Assembly: GCA_965204735.1 (NCBI GenBank)
Contig: OZ242008.1
Location: 864,001-928,000 of the forward strand
Length of the DNA stretch: 64,000 nt
Direction of reading: 5' to 3'
From: Longimicrobiales bacterium
GTDB taxonomy: Bacteria > Gemmatimonadota > Gemmatimonadetes > Longimicrobiales > Gaopeijiaceae
Positions 10,390 through 19,234 of this stretch are shown piece after piece; the stretch's first letter is position 1, and every line of letters begins with the position of its first letter. Both the position numbers and the translations under genes were made by a program. The notes beneath the pieces were generated by a model, which was not told where the DNA came from, ran no database searches, and was given only the letters and a program-made list of their open reading frames with translations.

Positions 10390-10991
10390 GGCTTGTGTTC
10401 CTGCTTGAAGAAGCCTCTGCGCGCGAGATGCTCAAGGGATTGCTTCCCCGCGTGCTTCCGCAACTCTCCGAGCCTGGCAATTTCGTACAGTACATCGCGT
10501 TCGAGGGCAAGTACGACCTGGACAAGCAGCTTGAACGAAAACTGCGAGGCTGGCGCTCTCCCGATACACTCTTTGTAGTCCTGCGCGATCAAGACTCGGC
10601 AGATTGCCGCACGCTGAAGAGTTCACTTGTTGCCAAGTGCCGATCTGCCGGCCGGCCGGACGTTGTGGTTCGGATCGCATGTCGGGAGCTCGAGAGCTGG
10701 TATCTCGGTGACTTGGTTGCTGTGGAAGAGGCGCTGGGCATCTCGAATTTGGTGCGGTACAGCAATCGCAGTAAGTACCGCAACCCCGACGATGTTCGGC
10801 AGCCTTCTGTGGAGCTCCAAAAGATCACTCGCCACAGCTACTCCAAAGTGGCAGGGTCCCGCAGCATCGGGCCTCGCTTGTCGGTCGAGAGGAGCAGCTC
10901 GCACAGCTTTCGGGTCTTTGTCGACGGAGTGCAACGCGCGGTGGAACAGCGGCAGGCCACGCTCACTACAACGGAGAACACGAATGCATGA
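10386..10991 (+). CDS. DUF4276 family (TOPRIM-like) protein
   Basis: LVFLLEEAS, VLRDQD, ELESWYLGD, YSKV and SHSF motifs; GTGA overlap with the ATPase. Confidence 0.8.
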   Translation: MRLVFLLEEASAREMLKGLLPRVLPQLSEPGNFVQYIAFEGKYDLDKQLERKLRGWRSPDTLFVVLRDQDSADCRTLKSSLVAKCRSAGRPDVVVRIACRELESWYLGDLVAVEEALGISNLVRYSNRSKYRNPDDVRQPSVELQKITRHSYSKVAGSRSIGPRLSVERSSSHSFRVFVDGVQRAVEQRQATLTTTENTNA

Positions 10992-13416
10992 CGTGAAGAC
11001 GACGCATCGACTCGGCCGGATGGCCGCACTCGGCGCCCACGCCAAGACAGCGATCGCCGCCGGCCTCGCGGCCGTGGCCGCGGCGATCGCGACGACTCCG
11101 GTCCAGGCCCAGGAAGTGGACTACCACCGCGCCGAGCTCCTCCTCGGCTGGCACACGTCCCCGCTGGTCGCCGGTGGTCCCGTCGTTCCCAACTGGATCA
11201 ACGACACGGACCGCTTCTGGTACCGGAACAGCACCGGCGCAGGCCACGAGTTCACCTTCGTGGACCCGACGGCCAACGAGAAGCGGCCCCTCTTCGACCA
11301 CTACCGGCTGGCCGCGGCCCTCTCCATGGCGGCGGACACCAGCTACGTCCCGGAGAAGCTGCCCTTCGAGGAGTTCGAGTTCGTGGACGGCGACGAGGCG
11401 CGGATCGCCTTCGAGACCGGCGAGCGGCGCTTCGCCTGCGACATCATGGCGTACATGTGCGAGGCGGGCGACACGCTGCCGGATCCGGATCCCTTCGTCG
11501 AGTCCCCCGACGAGCGCTGGGAAGCCTTCGTCATGGACCACGACCTGTACCTTAGGCCGACCGAGGGCGGCGACACGATCCGCCTCACCACCGACGGGGA
11601 GGAGTTCAACGGCTACGGACTCGCCTATCCCCGGCCCAACGACCTGAAGAATGAGAGAACCCGACGGCCGGTGGTCCGATGGTCCCCCGACTCCCGCAAG
11701 GTCCTCGTGCAGCGGATGGACCAGCGAGGCGTTGATCACCACCACTACGTGTCGTACACGTCGCAGCGCACCGAGCACTACTCCCAGCCGTACGCTCTGC
11801 CCGGCGACTCGGTGGTGCCCCTGCCGGCGTTTCACCTTCTGGACCTGACCGAGACGCTGGCCGCGGCCGAAGAGGCGGACGGGCCGAGCCAAGCCGACGG
11901 CCCCGACGACGGCCGCGCCCGCGTCGAGCCTCCTGCGCCCGCCAACGTCCGCGTCGTGCTGGAGCCGCGTCCCAACCGGCTCTACCTCAACGGATCGCAG
12001 GTGGACTCCCTGTGGTCGGCGGACTCCCGCTTCGTCTACGTCAACTGGGAGACGCGGGCGTCCAAGAGCAACCACTTGGCCGAAGTGGACGCGGCCACAG
12101 GCGAGTTTCGGATCGTCGCCGGCGACAGCTCCAAGACCTTTGTCGAGTTCTCCCAGCGCAACCCCGCGTCGTGGTTCGTCTCCGAGTCCACCGACGACGC
12201 CTTCTGGTGGTCCGAGCGCGACGGCTGGGCCCACGTCTGGCGCTTCTCCAAGGACGGGACCGTCAAGAACCAGGTCACCTCCGGACCGTGGGCGGTGGGG
12301 GCGATCTGGCACGTCGACGAGGCCGCCCGGCGGATCTACTTCACAGCCTACGGGCGCGAGGAGGGCGTCCCCTACTACGGACGCCTGTACAGCGTCGGCT
12401 ACGACGGGAGCGGCATGCGCACCGTGGCGGGCGAAGTCGGCAACCATCGGATCGCAGTGTCGCCGTCCGGCCGCTTCTTCGTGGACGCTTGGTCGACGAT
12501 CGGCGACCCGCCGGTCAGCCAGCTTCGGCGACTGGACGGAGGCGCCGTCGTCCGCACGCTGGAAGAGGCCGACGTGTCGAAGCTGGAGGCCGTGGGGTGG
12601 CGCCCGCCCGAGGTCTTCACGGTCAAGGCCCGCGACGGGACCACCGACATCCACGGCCTGATCTACTTCCCCGACGACGTGGACGAGTCGCGCCTCTACC
12701 CGGTCATCGACCACATCTACCCCGGTCCGCAGGTCGGCAGCGTGGGCTCGTGGACGTTCAAGTCCGGCGGCGAGGACTTCTCGCTGGCCAAGCTGGGCTT
12801 CGTGGTGATCCAGCTGGACCACATGGGCACGCCGCACCGCTCCAAGGCCTTTCACGACGTCTACTACGGCGACTTCAACGACAACGGCCTTCCCGACCAC
12901 GTGAGCGCGATCAAGCAGCTGGCCGCTCGCTACCCGTTCATGGACCTGGAGCGGGTGGGCATCTACGGCCACTCGGGCGGCGGCTTCGCTTCCACCGACG
13001 CCATGCTCAAGTACCCGGACTTCTACAAGGTGGCCGTGTCGGGGGCCGGTAACCACGACAACGCGAGCTACAACATCTACTGGGCCGAAAAGTACCAGGG
13101 GCTCTTGGTGGCCGACTCGGCGTCGGGCACGAGCAACTTCACCGACGAAGCCAACAAGACCCACGTGGCGAACCTGAAGGGCAAGCTCCTCCTCATGCAC
13201 GGCGACATGGACGACAACGTGCACCCCGCCATGACGGTTCAGCTGATCGACGAGCTCACCAAGGCCAACAAGGACTACGACCTGGTGTGGGCTCCCGACC
13301 GCGCCCACGGCCTCAACGAGCCCTACTTCGTGCGCCGCCGCTGGGACTACTTCGTCCGCCACCTCCTGGGCGCCGAGCCCCCCGTCGAGTACGAGATCAG
13401 GAGGCCGGAGGGGTAG
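10984..13416 (+). CDS. S9 (DPP IV-like) peptidase, exported
   Basis: Signal peptide ending AQ, propeller domain, YPGPQ, GHSGGG nucleophile, HGDMDDNVH, catalytic His in RAHG. Confidence 0.93.
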   Translation: MHDVKTTHRLGRMAALGAHAKTAIAAGLAAVAAAIATTPVQAQEVDYHRAELLLGWHTSPLVAGGPVVPNWINDTDRFWYRNSTGAGHEFTFVDPTANEKRPLFDHYRLAAALSMAADTSYVPEKLPFEEFEFVDGDEARIAFETGERRFACDIMAYMCEAGDTLPDPDPFVESPDERWEAFVMDHDLYLRPTEGGDTIRLTTDGEEFNGYGLAYPRPNDLKNERTRRPVVRWSPDSRKVLVQRMDQRGVDHHHYVSYTSQRTEHYSQPYALPGDSVVPLPAFHLLDLTETLAAAEEADGPSQADGPDDGRARVEPPAPANVRVVLEPRPNRLYLNGSQVDSLWSADSRFVYVNWETRASKSNHLAEVDAATGEFRIVAGDSSKTFVEFSQRNPASWFVSESTDDAFWWSERDGWAHVWRFSKDGTVKNQVTSGPWAVGAIWHVDEAARRIYFTAYGREEGVPYYGRLYSVGYDGSGMRTVAGEVGNHRIAVSPSGRFFVDAWSTIGDPPVSQLRRLDGGAVVRTLEEADVSKLEAVGWRPPEVFTVKARDGTTDIHGLIYFPDDVDESRLYPVIDHIYPGPQVGSVGSWTFKSGGEDFSLAKLGFVVIQLDHMGTPHRSKAFHDVYYGDFNDNGLPDHVSAIKQLAARYPFMDLERVGIYGHSGGGFASTDAMLKYPDFYKVAVSGAGNHDNASYNIYWAEKYQGLLVADSASGTSNFTDEANKTHVANLKGKLLLMHGDMDDNVHPAMTVQLIDELTKANKDYDLVWAPDRAHGLNEPYFVRRRWDYFVRHLLGAEPPVEYEIRRPEG

Positions 13417-14060
13417 TGGGCCGGCAACCGTCCGCGGCCGTGGCCGAACTGGACGAGTGGCGCGAGAGCATGACGCAGATGATCGCGCGCCACGACGGGC
13501 TCGTGGCCGGCGGCAAGTGGCTGAGCGGACCTTCGGACATGCTGGGCATTGCGGGAGTCGCCCGGAACGAGATGGCGCACACTCGAATGCTGGCGTGGCT
13601 TCTTGATCCCCGGGGCAGGCACCGGCTGGGCGACGCCGTGCTTCAATCTTTGGTGCATCACGTGGCGGCGCCCGCAGAAGTCCCGAGTCCCCTTGCGGTG
13701 CGGAGCGTGCATGTCTCCCACTGGTGCAACGGCAGAGAAGCGGACATCGTGGTCTTCGGCCGGGAGTTCACCCTCGTGATCGAAGTCAAAGTGGACGCCC
13801 CGGAGCAGGAGAATCAGTGCGACGACCTGTACGCCAACTACCGAGGCAAGCCAGGCCCGTTGTTCCTCTTTCTGACCCCAGGCGGTTGGTCCCCGTACAC
13901 TGCGACTGGGAGCGCCAGGCAAGCGTTCAAGACCGCCTCGTGGAAGCAGGTTCGCGAGATGATCGAGAGCGCGCTGGAGAATCGAGACGCGGGCCTTGCC
14001 GGCCCCGGCGTCGCCATCCCGGCGGAGTACGCTGTCACCCTCAGGGAGCACTTCCGATGA
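13416..14060 (+). CDS. PD-(D/E)XK nuclease family protein (PDDEXK_4-like)
   Basis: EMAHTRMLAWLLDP.G.H.LG, ADIVV and IEVKVDAPEQENQ; GTG overlaps the upstream TAG. Confidence 0.8.
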   Translation: MGRQPSAAVAELDEWRESMTQMIARHDGLVAGGKWLSGPSDMLGIAGVARNEMAHTRMLAWLLDPRGRHRLGDAVLQSLVHHVAAPAEVPSPLAVRSVHVSHWCNGREADIVVFGREFTLVIEVKVDAPEQENQCDDLYANYRGKPGPLFLFLTPGGWSPYTATGSARQAFKTASWKQVREMIESALENRDAGLAGPGVAIPAEYAVTLREHFR

Positions 14061-14674
14061 ACCGCATTGAAGACGAACGGATCAAGTTCTACCTCGAGCA
14101 CGAAGACAGGATCAAGGAGTGGGCAGCGATTGGGAAGGACGTCTTCGAGTTCGCCCACCGCTTCTACTTGAGCCTTCAGGCCGACGTCAACAAGGCAATC
14201 AGCCGGTCGCCGGACTGGGAAGCGGTGTCGTGCGTCAGGCCCGACGACAAGTGGCCCCAGGTTGGCCTGCGACGGACGAGTTGGCCCTATTCCCCCGAGC
14301 TGCCAGACGGGGGATCGGCATTCAGCCCCAAGATCGTCATTGAGTGGCACAGAGCCAGCACTGGGTTTTCCCCAGGCCATCTGGTCTGCGGCGTCCAAAT
14401 CGGCGAGGAGGTGGAAGAATCGAAGCGATTCGATTTGTGCAGGGACGCCCAGGGACGAAGGAAGGTCGTCCCCGCTGTCCCCGTCCTCGACAAGTATCCG
14501 GACGGACCCAACGCTTATTGGTTCAAATACCGCCGCTTGGAGCGGCCCGACCCGGGCTATTGGAAGGACGACGGCCTTGCCAAGTACCGCAAGTACCTGC
14601 TGGACCAGCTGTGCAAGGCGTGGTCCGACCTTGCCCCGCTGATGGACGAAGCAGCGAAGCGGGCTCGCGAATAG
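14057..14674 (+). CDS. Hypothetical protein coupled to the nuclease
   Basis: ATGA overlap, globular-looking composition, no recognised motif. Confidence 0.6.
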   Translation: MNRIEDERIKFYLEHEDRIKEWAAIGKDVFEFAHRFYLSLQADVNKAISRSPDWEAVSCVRPDDKWPQVGLRRTSWPYSPELPDGGSAFSPKIVIEWHRASTGFSPGHLVCGVQIGEEVEESKRFDLCRDAQGRRKVVPAVPVLDKYPDGPNAYWFKYRRLERPDPGYWKDDGLAKYRKYLLDQLCKAWSDLAPLMDEAAKRARE

Positions 14675-14700
14675 GGGGTCGCCAAGCTCTCCTCGACGAG

Positions 14701-15435
14701 TTAGCTGGTCCGGTTCTCCTCGCGCAGGCGAACGCCGGCCAAGCCGACGGCCAGCCACGCCGCGACGTAAGCGAGCAGCCAGCCCAAGGGTTGCCAGACG
14801 ACGTCGCTGCGTCCGTTCAGAAACGCGACGATCTCCCGACGGGCTCCAAACGGGAAGAGCGCGGCCCGAGCGACCTGAGCCAAAGGGCCGTCGCTGGCCT
14901 CCGTCCGCAGGAAGTCGATCTGAAGGAGCGCAAAGACGCTCAAGGCCAAGTAGGCGGCTGTTGTCCAGCGGCCGCGGTCTCTCCACCAACAGGACATGCC
15001 GAAGCCGACGGCCACGACCACGACAGCAGTCGTCGCTTCGACCACGACAGGCTGCAGCGCGTGCCCTTCCGGCTCCCAGCCGGCTGCCACTCCGATTGCC
15101 GCGGCGGCGCACCGAAAGAGAACGGTGGCGCACACCGCGACGAACGAGACGTGAAGAAAGCGCGCGAGATGAAGGCGCAGCGGGTCGACCGGCTTCTGAA
15201 GCCAGAGGGTGTCGTCGCCCGCCGTCTTCTCGGCAAAGCTGCCCACGACCACGAGGGGCACGAGGGCAACCACCAGCGGTGCACCCGCGTCCATCCAGTC
15301 GCCAACTCCGTTTCCGGCGAACGCGTACAGGCCGTACAGCCCGCCGGCCAGGACCGCCAAGGCCGCGAACCCGGCCAAGTTCTCGCGAGCGACCAGCGCG
15401 ATCAGCCTCGGCGCCGGAACCAGCCGAGCGCTCAT
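14701..15435 (-). CDS. ABC-2 type permease
   Basis: About 6 hydrophobic segments, WLQKPV loop, overlaps the ABC ATPase. Confidence 0.75.
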   Translation of the reverse strand: MSARLVPAPRLIALVARENLAGFAALAVLAGGLYGLYAFAGNGVGDWMDAGAPLVVALVPLVVVGSFAEKTAGDDTLWLQKPVDPLRLHLARFLHVSFVAVCATVLFRCAAAAIGVAAGWEPEGHALQPVVVEATTAVVVVAVGFGMSCWWRDRGRWTTAAYLALSVFALLQIDFLRTEASDGPLAQVARAALFPFGARREIVAFLNGRSDVVWQPLGWLLAYVAAWLAVGLAGVRLREENRTS

Positions 15436-16163
15436 TCGGCGCCTCGCAGCAGCTCGGCCTCAAGCTCCGCCAAGCTTCCTGCAACGTCGGCCGAAGGCGC
15501 GGGCCCCGGTCGCGCATCTCCGTCTTCCAGGATGCAGACCCGGTCGGCCAGCCTGTGCACTTCCGCCGTTTCGTGACTTGCGAAGAGCACTGCGGCGCCG
15601 CGGTCGCGGGCCGCCCGGACCTCCTCCCGCAACGCAGCCCGCGCCCGGGCGTCGAGCCCCGAGAACGGCTCGTCCAGGACCACAAAGTCCGGTTCCCCTG
15701 CGAGGGCATGGACCAATCCCAGCCTCCTCCGCGTGCCCTTCGAGCAGAGCCGGGCCGGCTTGTCCAGCGTGGCAGCGTCGAAGCCGCTCCTCGACACCGA
15801 GCGCTCGAAGACGCCGGCCCGCTCCGCCGGACTCGCCGCCACGTCCGCACTCCGTCCGAGGATGTCCCGGCACGTCCATGCCCTGGGAAAAGCCAGCGAT
15901 TCCGGCAGGTAGCCGCAGCCCTGCCGCCGCCGATACGCGCCAGGGGGCCGGCCGGCAATCGTGCACCGCCCCTGGTCGGGCCTCTTGAGGCCAACCAGGA
16001 CGCGAAGCAACGTCGTCTTGCCCGCTCCGTTGGGGCCCACCACCGCCACGATCTCTCCGGGCTCCACCGTCAGGCTCACGCCGTCGAGCACGGTGCTGCG
16101 ACGCAGCAGGCGCCGGTAGGACGCCCATATCTCCTCCGCCCGAACGAGGACTGCTCCCGGCAT
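15432..16163 (-). CDS. ABC transporter ATP-binding protein
   Basis: GPNGAGKTT, LDEPFSGLD and ASH motifs. Confidence 0.92.
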   Translation of the reverse strand: MPGAVLVRAEEIWASYRRLLRRSTVLDGVSLTVEPGEIVAVVGPNGAGKTTLLRVLVGLKRPDQGRCTIAGRPPGAYRRRQGCGYLPESLAFPRAWTCRDILGRSADVAASPAERAGVFERSVSRSGFDAATLDKPARLCSKGTRRRLGLVHALAGEPDFVVLDEPFSGLDARARAALREEVRAARDRGAAVLFASHETAEVHRLADRVCILEDGDARPGPAPSADVAGSLAELEAELLRGAE

Positions 16164-16172
16164 GGCGCCCGA

Positions 16173-17231
16173 CTACGAGACTCCGGTTGGGAACACGGCG
16201 ACGCGAACGCCGTTCAGGGTCTCCCAGACCGCCAGAACGGAGTTGCCGGACACGAAGACCGTTGGGACGCGGTAGACGAGCCTGCCGTCGGCCAGCGCGA
16301 ACACGCGATCGAAAGGCGGAAGCCGCCGCGGCACGAGCACGCGAGCGCCCACGGCCCCGGCGGCGTCCCGCAACCGATCCTCGACAGCCTTCGCGCTCCG
16401 TCCGGAAACGGGCAGGCGTCGAAGCCAGTCGTGGCAAACGCTCCTGGTCGCTTCGGCAGCAACGGGCTGCGCACGGACCGCGAACACGTCCAGGCACTCC
16501 GCGTTCGCATCCCCAAAGACGAAGCCCTCGGGATGCGCGCTCATGACGGGCACGAACCCAAGGTCCGCCACGAAACCCCTTCCTGCAGGAGAGCGCGAAG
16601 CAACCAGCCGCACGTCGCCGTCGTCGCTCGCGAGAAACACCCTTGCGACCACGCCCCGCAACGGGCTTGCGCACTGGACCAGGAGAAGAAGGCCGCGCGA
16701 GACGGACTCGATCCCGATCGTGCGCGGCGCCAAGCACCCGTCGAAAGCCAGTCGGCGGTCGGCGACCGACCCGCCGGCGAAGTCGTACAAGCGCACGACT
16801 CCACGGTCGGCCACCGCGACGGTGCCCCGATGCACCGCGATCGCGGTCGGCGAAGAGAGCTCTCCGGGACCTTCTCCCGGCCCTGCGAAGCTTTCGAGCA
16901 ACGCGCCCGTCTCGTCGAACCGGTGAACGCGCCGTCCCCGCCCGTCGAGCAAGAACCAGACGGAATCGGCAGCGGCCGCATCTGTCGCCGACACGACGCT
17001 CGCACGAACTAGGCCGCCGGGCGCCGCCGCCGCGCCTGCCGACAGCGCCGACCCGACTTCCGGCTCTGGCGGGAGGCTCGACCGACCGGCGATCGAGGTC
17101 AGCAAGCTCCACCCGACAGCAAGGGCCGCACCAACCCCCACGATCGACACGGCGACGGTCGCAAGCGTCGTTCGAGGAGCGCCGGCGTTCTTGCGGCTGC
17201 GAAGCTCGGTCGGTGCGCGCTCGGCTGTCAC
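16173..17231 (-). CDS. Membrane-anchored 6-bladed beta-propeller (NHL-like) protein
   Basis: N-terminal TM segment and FAGPGEGPGEL blade motif; start estimated at GTG 17231. Confidence 0.7.
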   Translation of the reverse strand: MTAERAPTELRSRKNAGAPRTTLATVAVSIVGVGAALAVGWSLLTSIAGRSSLPPEPEVGSALSAGAAAAPGGLVRASVVSATDAAAADSVWFLLDGRGRRVHRFDETGALLESFAGPGEGPGELSSPTAIAVHRGTVAVADRGVVRLYDFAGGSVADRRLAFDGCLAPRTIGIESVSRGLLLLVQCASPLRGVVARVFLASDDGDVRLVASRSPAGRGFVADLGFVPVMSAHPEGFVFGDANAECLDVFAVRAQPVAAEATRSVCHDWLRRLPVSGRSAKAVEDRLRDAAGAVGARVLVPRRLPPFDRVFALADGRLVYRVPTVFVSGNSVLAVWETLNGVRVAVFPTGVS

Positions 17232-17321
17232 TGGCGTCCAGGCACTCGTCCTTCGGCATGAAGGGCGACTTGCCTCCCACGGTACCACGGCGCCGATTCT
17301 CCTGCAATCCGAAGGTTTTAG

Positions 17322-17370
17322 TTGACTTCCGGCAGCAGTTGTCGCCATACTCTCCTAACGAATTAGGAGA
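17322..17370 (+). promoter_or_regulatory. Sigma70-like promoter with palindromic operator, probably bound by BlaI
   Basis: TTGACT (17322)-18 bp-CATACT (17346), then the perfect inverted repeat TCTCCTAA-CGAA-TTAGGAGA at 17351-17370. Confidence 0.65.
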
Positions 17371-17398
17371 CACGCCCCGGAGACGCGGAGCCGAGCCG

Positions 17399-17776
17399 AT
17401 GGACAGGGTGCTCACCCGACGGGAGATGGACGTGATGTCGATCCTGTGGGAGACGGGATCGGCCACCGCCGCGGAGGCCACCGAGCGGATCGAGGACGAC
17501 CTGGCCTACAACACCGTCCTGACGATCCTCCGCATCCTGGAGAACAAGGGGTTCGTGGGACGCCGGCAGGAAGGGCGCGCCCACCGCTACCACCCGCTGG
17601 TGGAGCGGGCCGAAGCCGGACGGTCGATCGTCGCGCGCCTGCGGGACAAGGTGTTCTCGGGCTCCGCGGAACAATTGATGACTCACCTGGTATCAGAGGA
17701 ACAGCTGTCGCCGGACGCCGTGAGGAGGCTCCGCAAGCTGCTGGACCAACGCCTCGAGGAGGAGGAAGAAAAATGA
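17399..17776 (+). CDS. BlaI/MecI/CopY family repressor
   Basis: LTRREMDVMSILW, LAYNTVLTILRILENKG and FSGS motifs. Confidence 0.93.
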   Translation: MDRVLTRREMDVMSILWETGSATAAEATERIEDDLAYNTVLTILRILENKGFVGRRQEGRAHRYHPLVERAEAGRSIVARLRDKVFSGSAEQLMTHLVSEEQLSPDAVRRLRKLLDQRLEEEEEK

Positions 17777-19128
17777 TCGCTGCATGGATGCTCTGGTCCG
17801 TCGGAGCGGGGATGCTGTTCGTGGTCGCGGCGCTGGCCGCCGAACGGCTCCTGAGCAGGGGCCGCCGCTGGGCGTGGGCAGGGGCCGCCGCCGGCACCGT
17901 CGCGCTCCCCGTCGCCCGCTTCCTGGCGGGCGCAGGCGCACCCCCGGACGCCCCGCCCGCCGCACTCCCGCTGGCCCTGGAACCGCTGGCCGCGACCGTC
18001 GCCGGCGACTCGGTCCTCCACTCGCTGGACGGGACGCTGCTGGCGGCGTGGATCGCGCTCTCGTCGTGTCTCGCGCTCCGGGTGCTGCTGGGAGCCGCCC
18101 GGCTCGCCCGCCGCCGCCGGTCGTGGCGCGCCGGCGCCCTGCACGGCCGCAAGGTCTTCTGGGCCCGCAGCGCCGGTCCCGCCGTGGTGGGGCTCGCGAC
18201 TCCCCGGATCGTGCTGCCCGAATGGGTGCGCGCCGCCGACCCCGCCCGCCAGGAGCTGATCCTCGCCCACGAAGAGGAGCACATGCGCGCCCGGGACGTG
18301 CAGCTCCGCTTCTTCGCGGGTCTCGCCCTGCTGGCGTTTCCCTGGAACCCGGCCATCTGGTTCCAGTGCCGCCGTCTGGCGATGGCCGTCGAGATGGACT
18401 GCGACCGCCGCGTCGTGGCCAGGATGCCCCGTCGGCGCCGCCTCTACGGCGCCCTTCTGCTGGAGGTGGGCGCGCACGCCGGGCGAGCGCCGGGCGCGGC
18501 GACGGCGGCGATGTCCGAGCCGCGCTCGTTCCTTGAGCGCCGCCTGCGCAACCTGCTTGCGAGATCGCCCCAGGCGCGGCTCGCCCAAGCCGCCCTGCTG
18601 GCCTTCGCCACCGTGTTCGCCGTCGCCGTGGCCGTAAGCATCCCCGGCATAGGTCGCAACGCCGGCGACGCGCTGCCGGAGACTCTCGCGCCGCCGGCCG
18701 CCACCCCCGAGGCGCCGCCGGCGCCCCCCGCGGCGCCCGCCCCGCCGCCGCCCGCCCCGCCCGCCGAGACGGACGTCTCCGCCAAGCCCACGTTCACGCC
18801 GTACACGACGCCGCCCCGCTTCCTCGATCCTGCCGAAGCACGGCAGAGGGTGCAGCTCGAGTTCCCGCCTCTGCTCCGGGACGCGGGGGTCGGCGGCACC
18901 GCGCGCGTCCACATCTTCGTCGACGCGCAGGGCAGGGTGGTCAAGGCGGAGCTGGACAAGGGCTCGGGCCACGCGGCCTTGGACGCAGCCGCGGTACGGG
19001 CCGCCGGCTCCTTCGCCTTCTCGCCCGCGGAGCACCGGGGCGAGGCGGTGCCGGCCTGGATCGCCCTGCCGATCACCTTCGCGGTGGCCTCCCGCGAGTC
19101 AAGCCGGCCGCCCGGCGGTCCGGAGTAG
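17773..19128 (+). CDS. M56 (BlaR1-like) metallopeptidase fused to a TonB C-terminal domain
   Basis: ILAHEEEH, PWNP, EMDCD, Pro-rich linker, FPPLLRDAGVGG...VDAQG...LDAAA TonB_C. Confidence 0.9.
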   Translation: MIAAWMLWSVGAGMLFVVAALAAERLLSRGRRWAWAGAAAGTVALPVARFLAGAGAPPDAPPAALPLALEPLAATVAGDSVLHSLDGTLLAAWIALSSCLALRVLLGAARLARRRRSWRAGALHGRKVFWARSAGPAVVGLATPRIVLPEWVRAADPARQELILAHEEEHMRARDVQLRFFAGLALLAFPWNPAIWFQCRRLAMAVEMDCDRRVVARMPRRRRLYGALLLEVGAHAGRAPGAATAAMSEPRSFLERRLRNLLARSPQARLAQAALLAFATVFAVAVAVSIPGIGRNAGDALPETLAPPAATPEAPPAPPAAPAPPPPAPPAETDVSAKPTFTPYTTPPRFLDPAEARQRVQLEFPPLLRDAGVGGTARVHIFVDAQGRVVKAELDKGSGHAALDAAAVRAAGSFAFSPAEHRGEAVPAWIALPITFAVASRESSRPPGGPE

Positions 19129-19234
19129 AGTCCACAAGCGAAACGGCACACGCCTCTCCCAAGTCCGCCGCCATCCGAGAAAACTCGCCGCCCGCCACCG
19201 AGGTGCGCGAGCCCGCCTCCGCCCGCTCCCGGCC

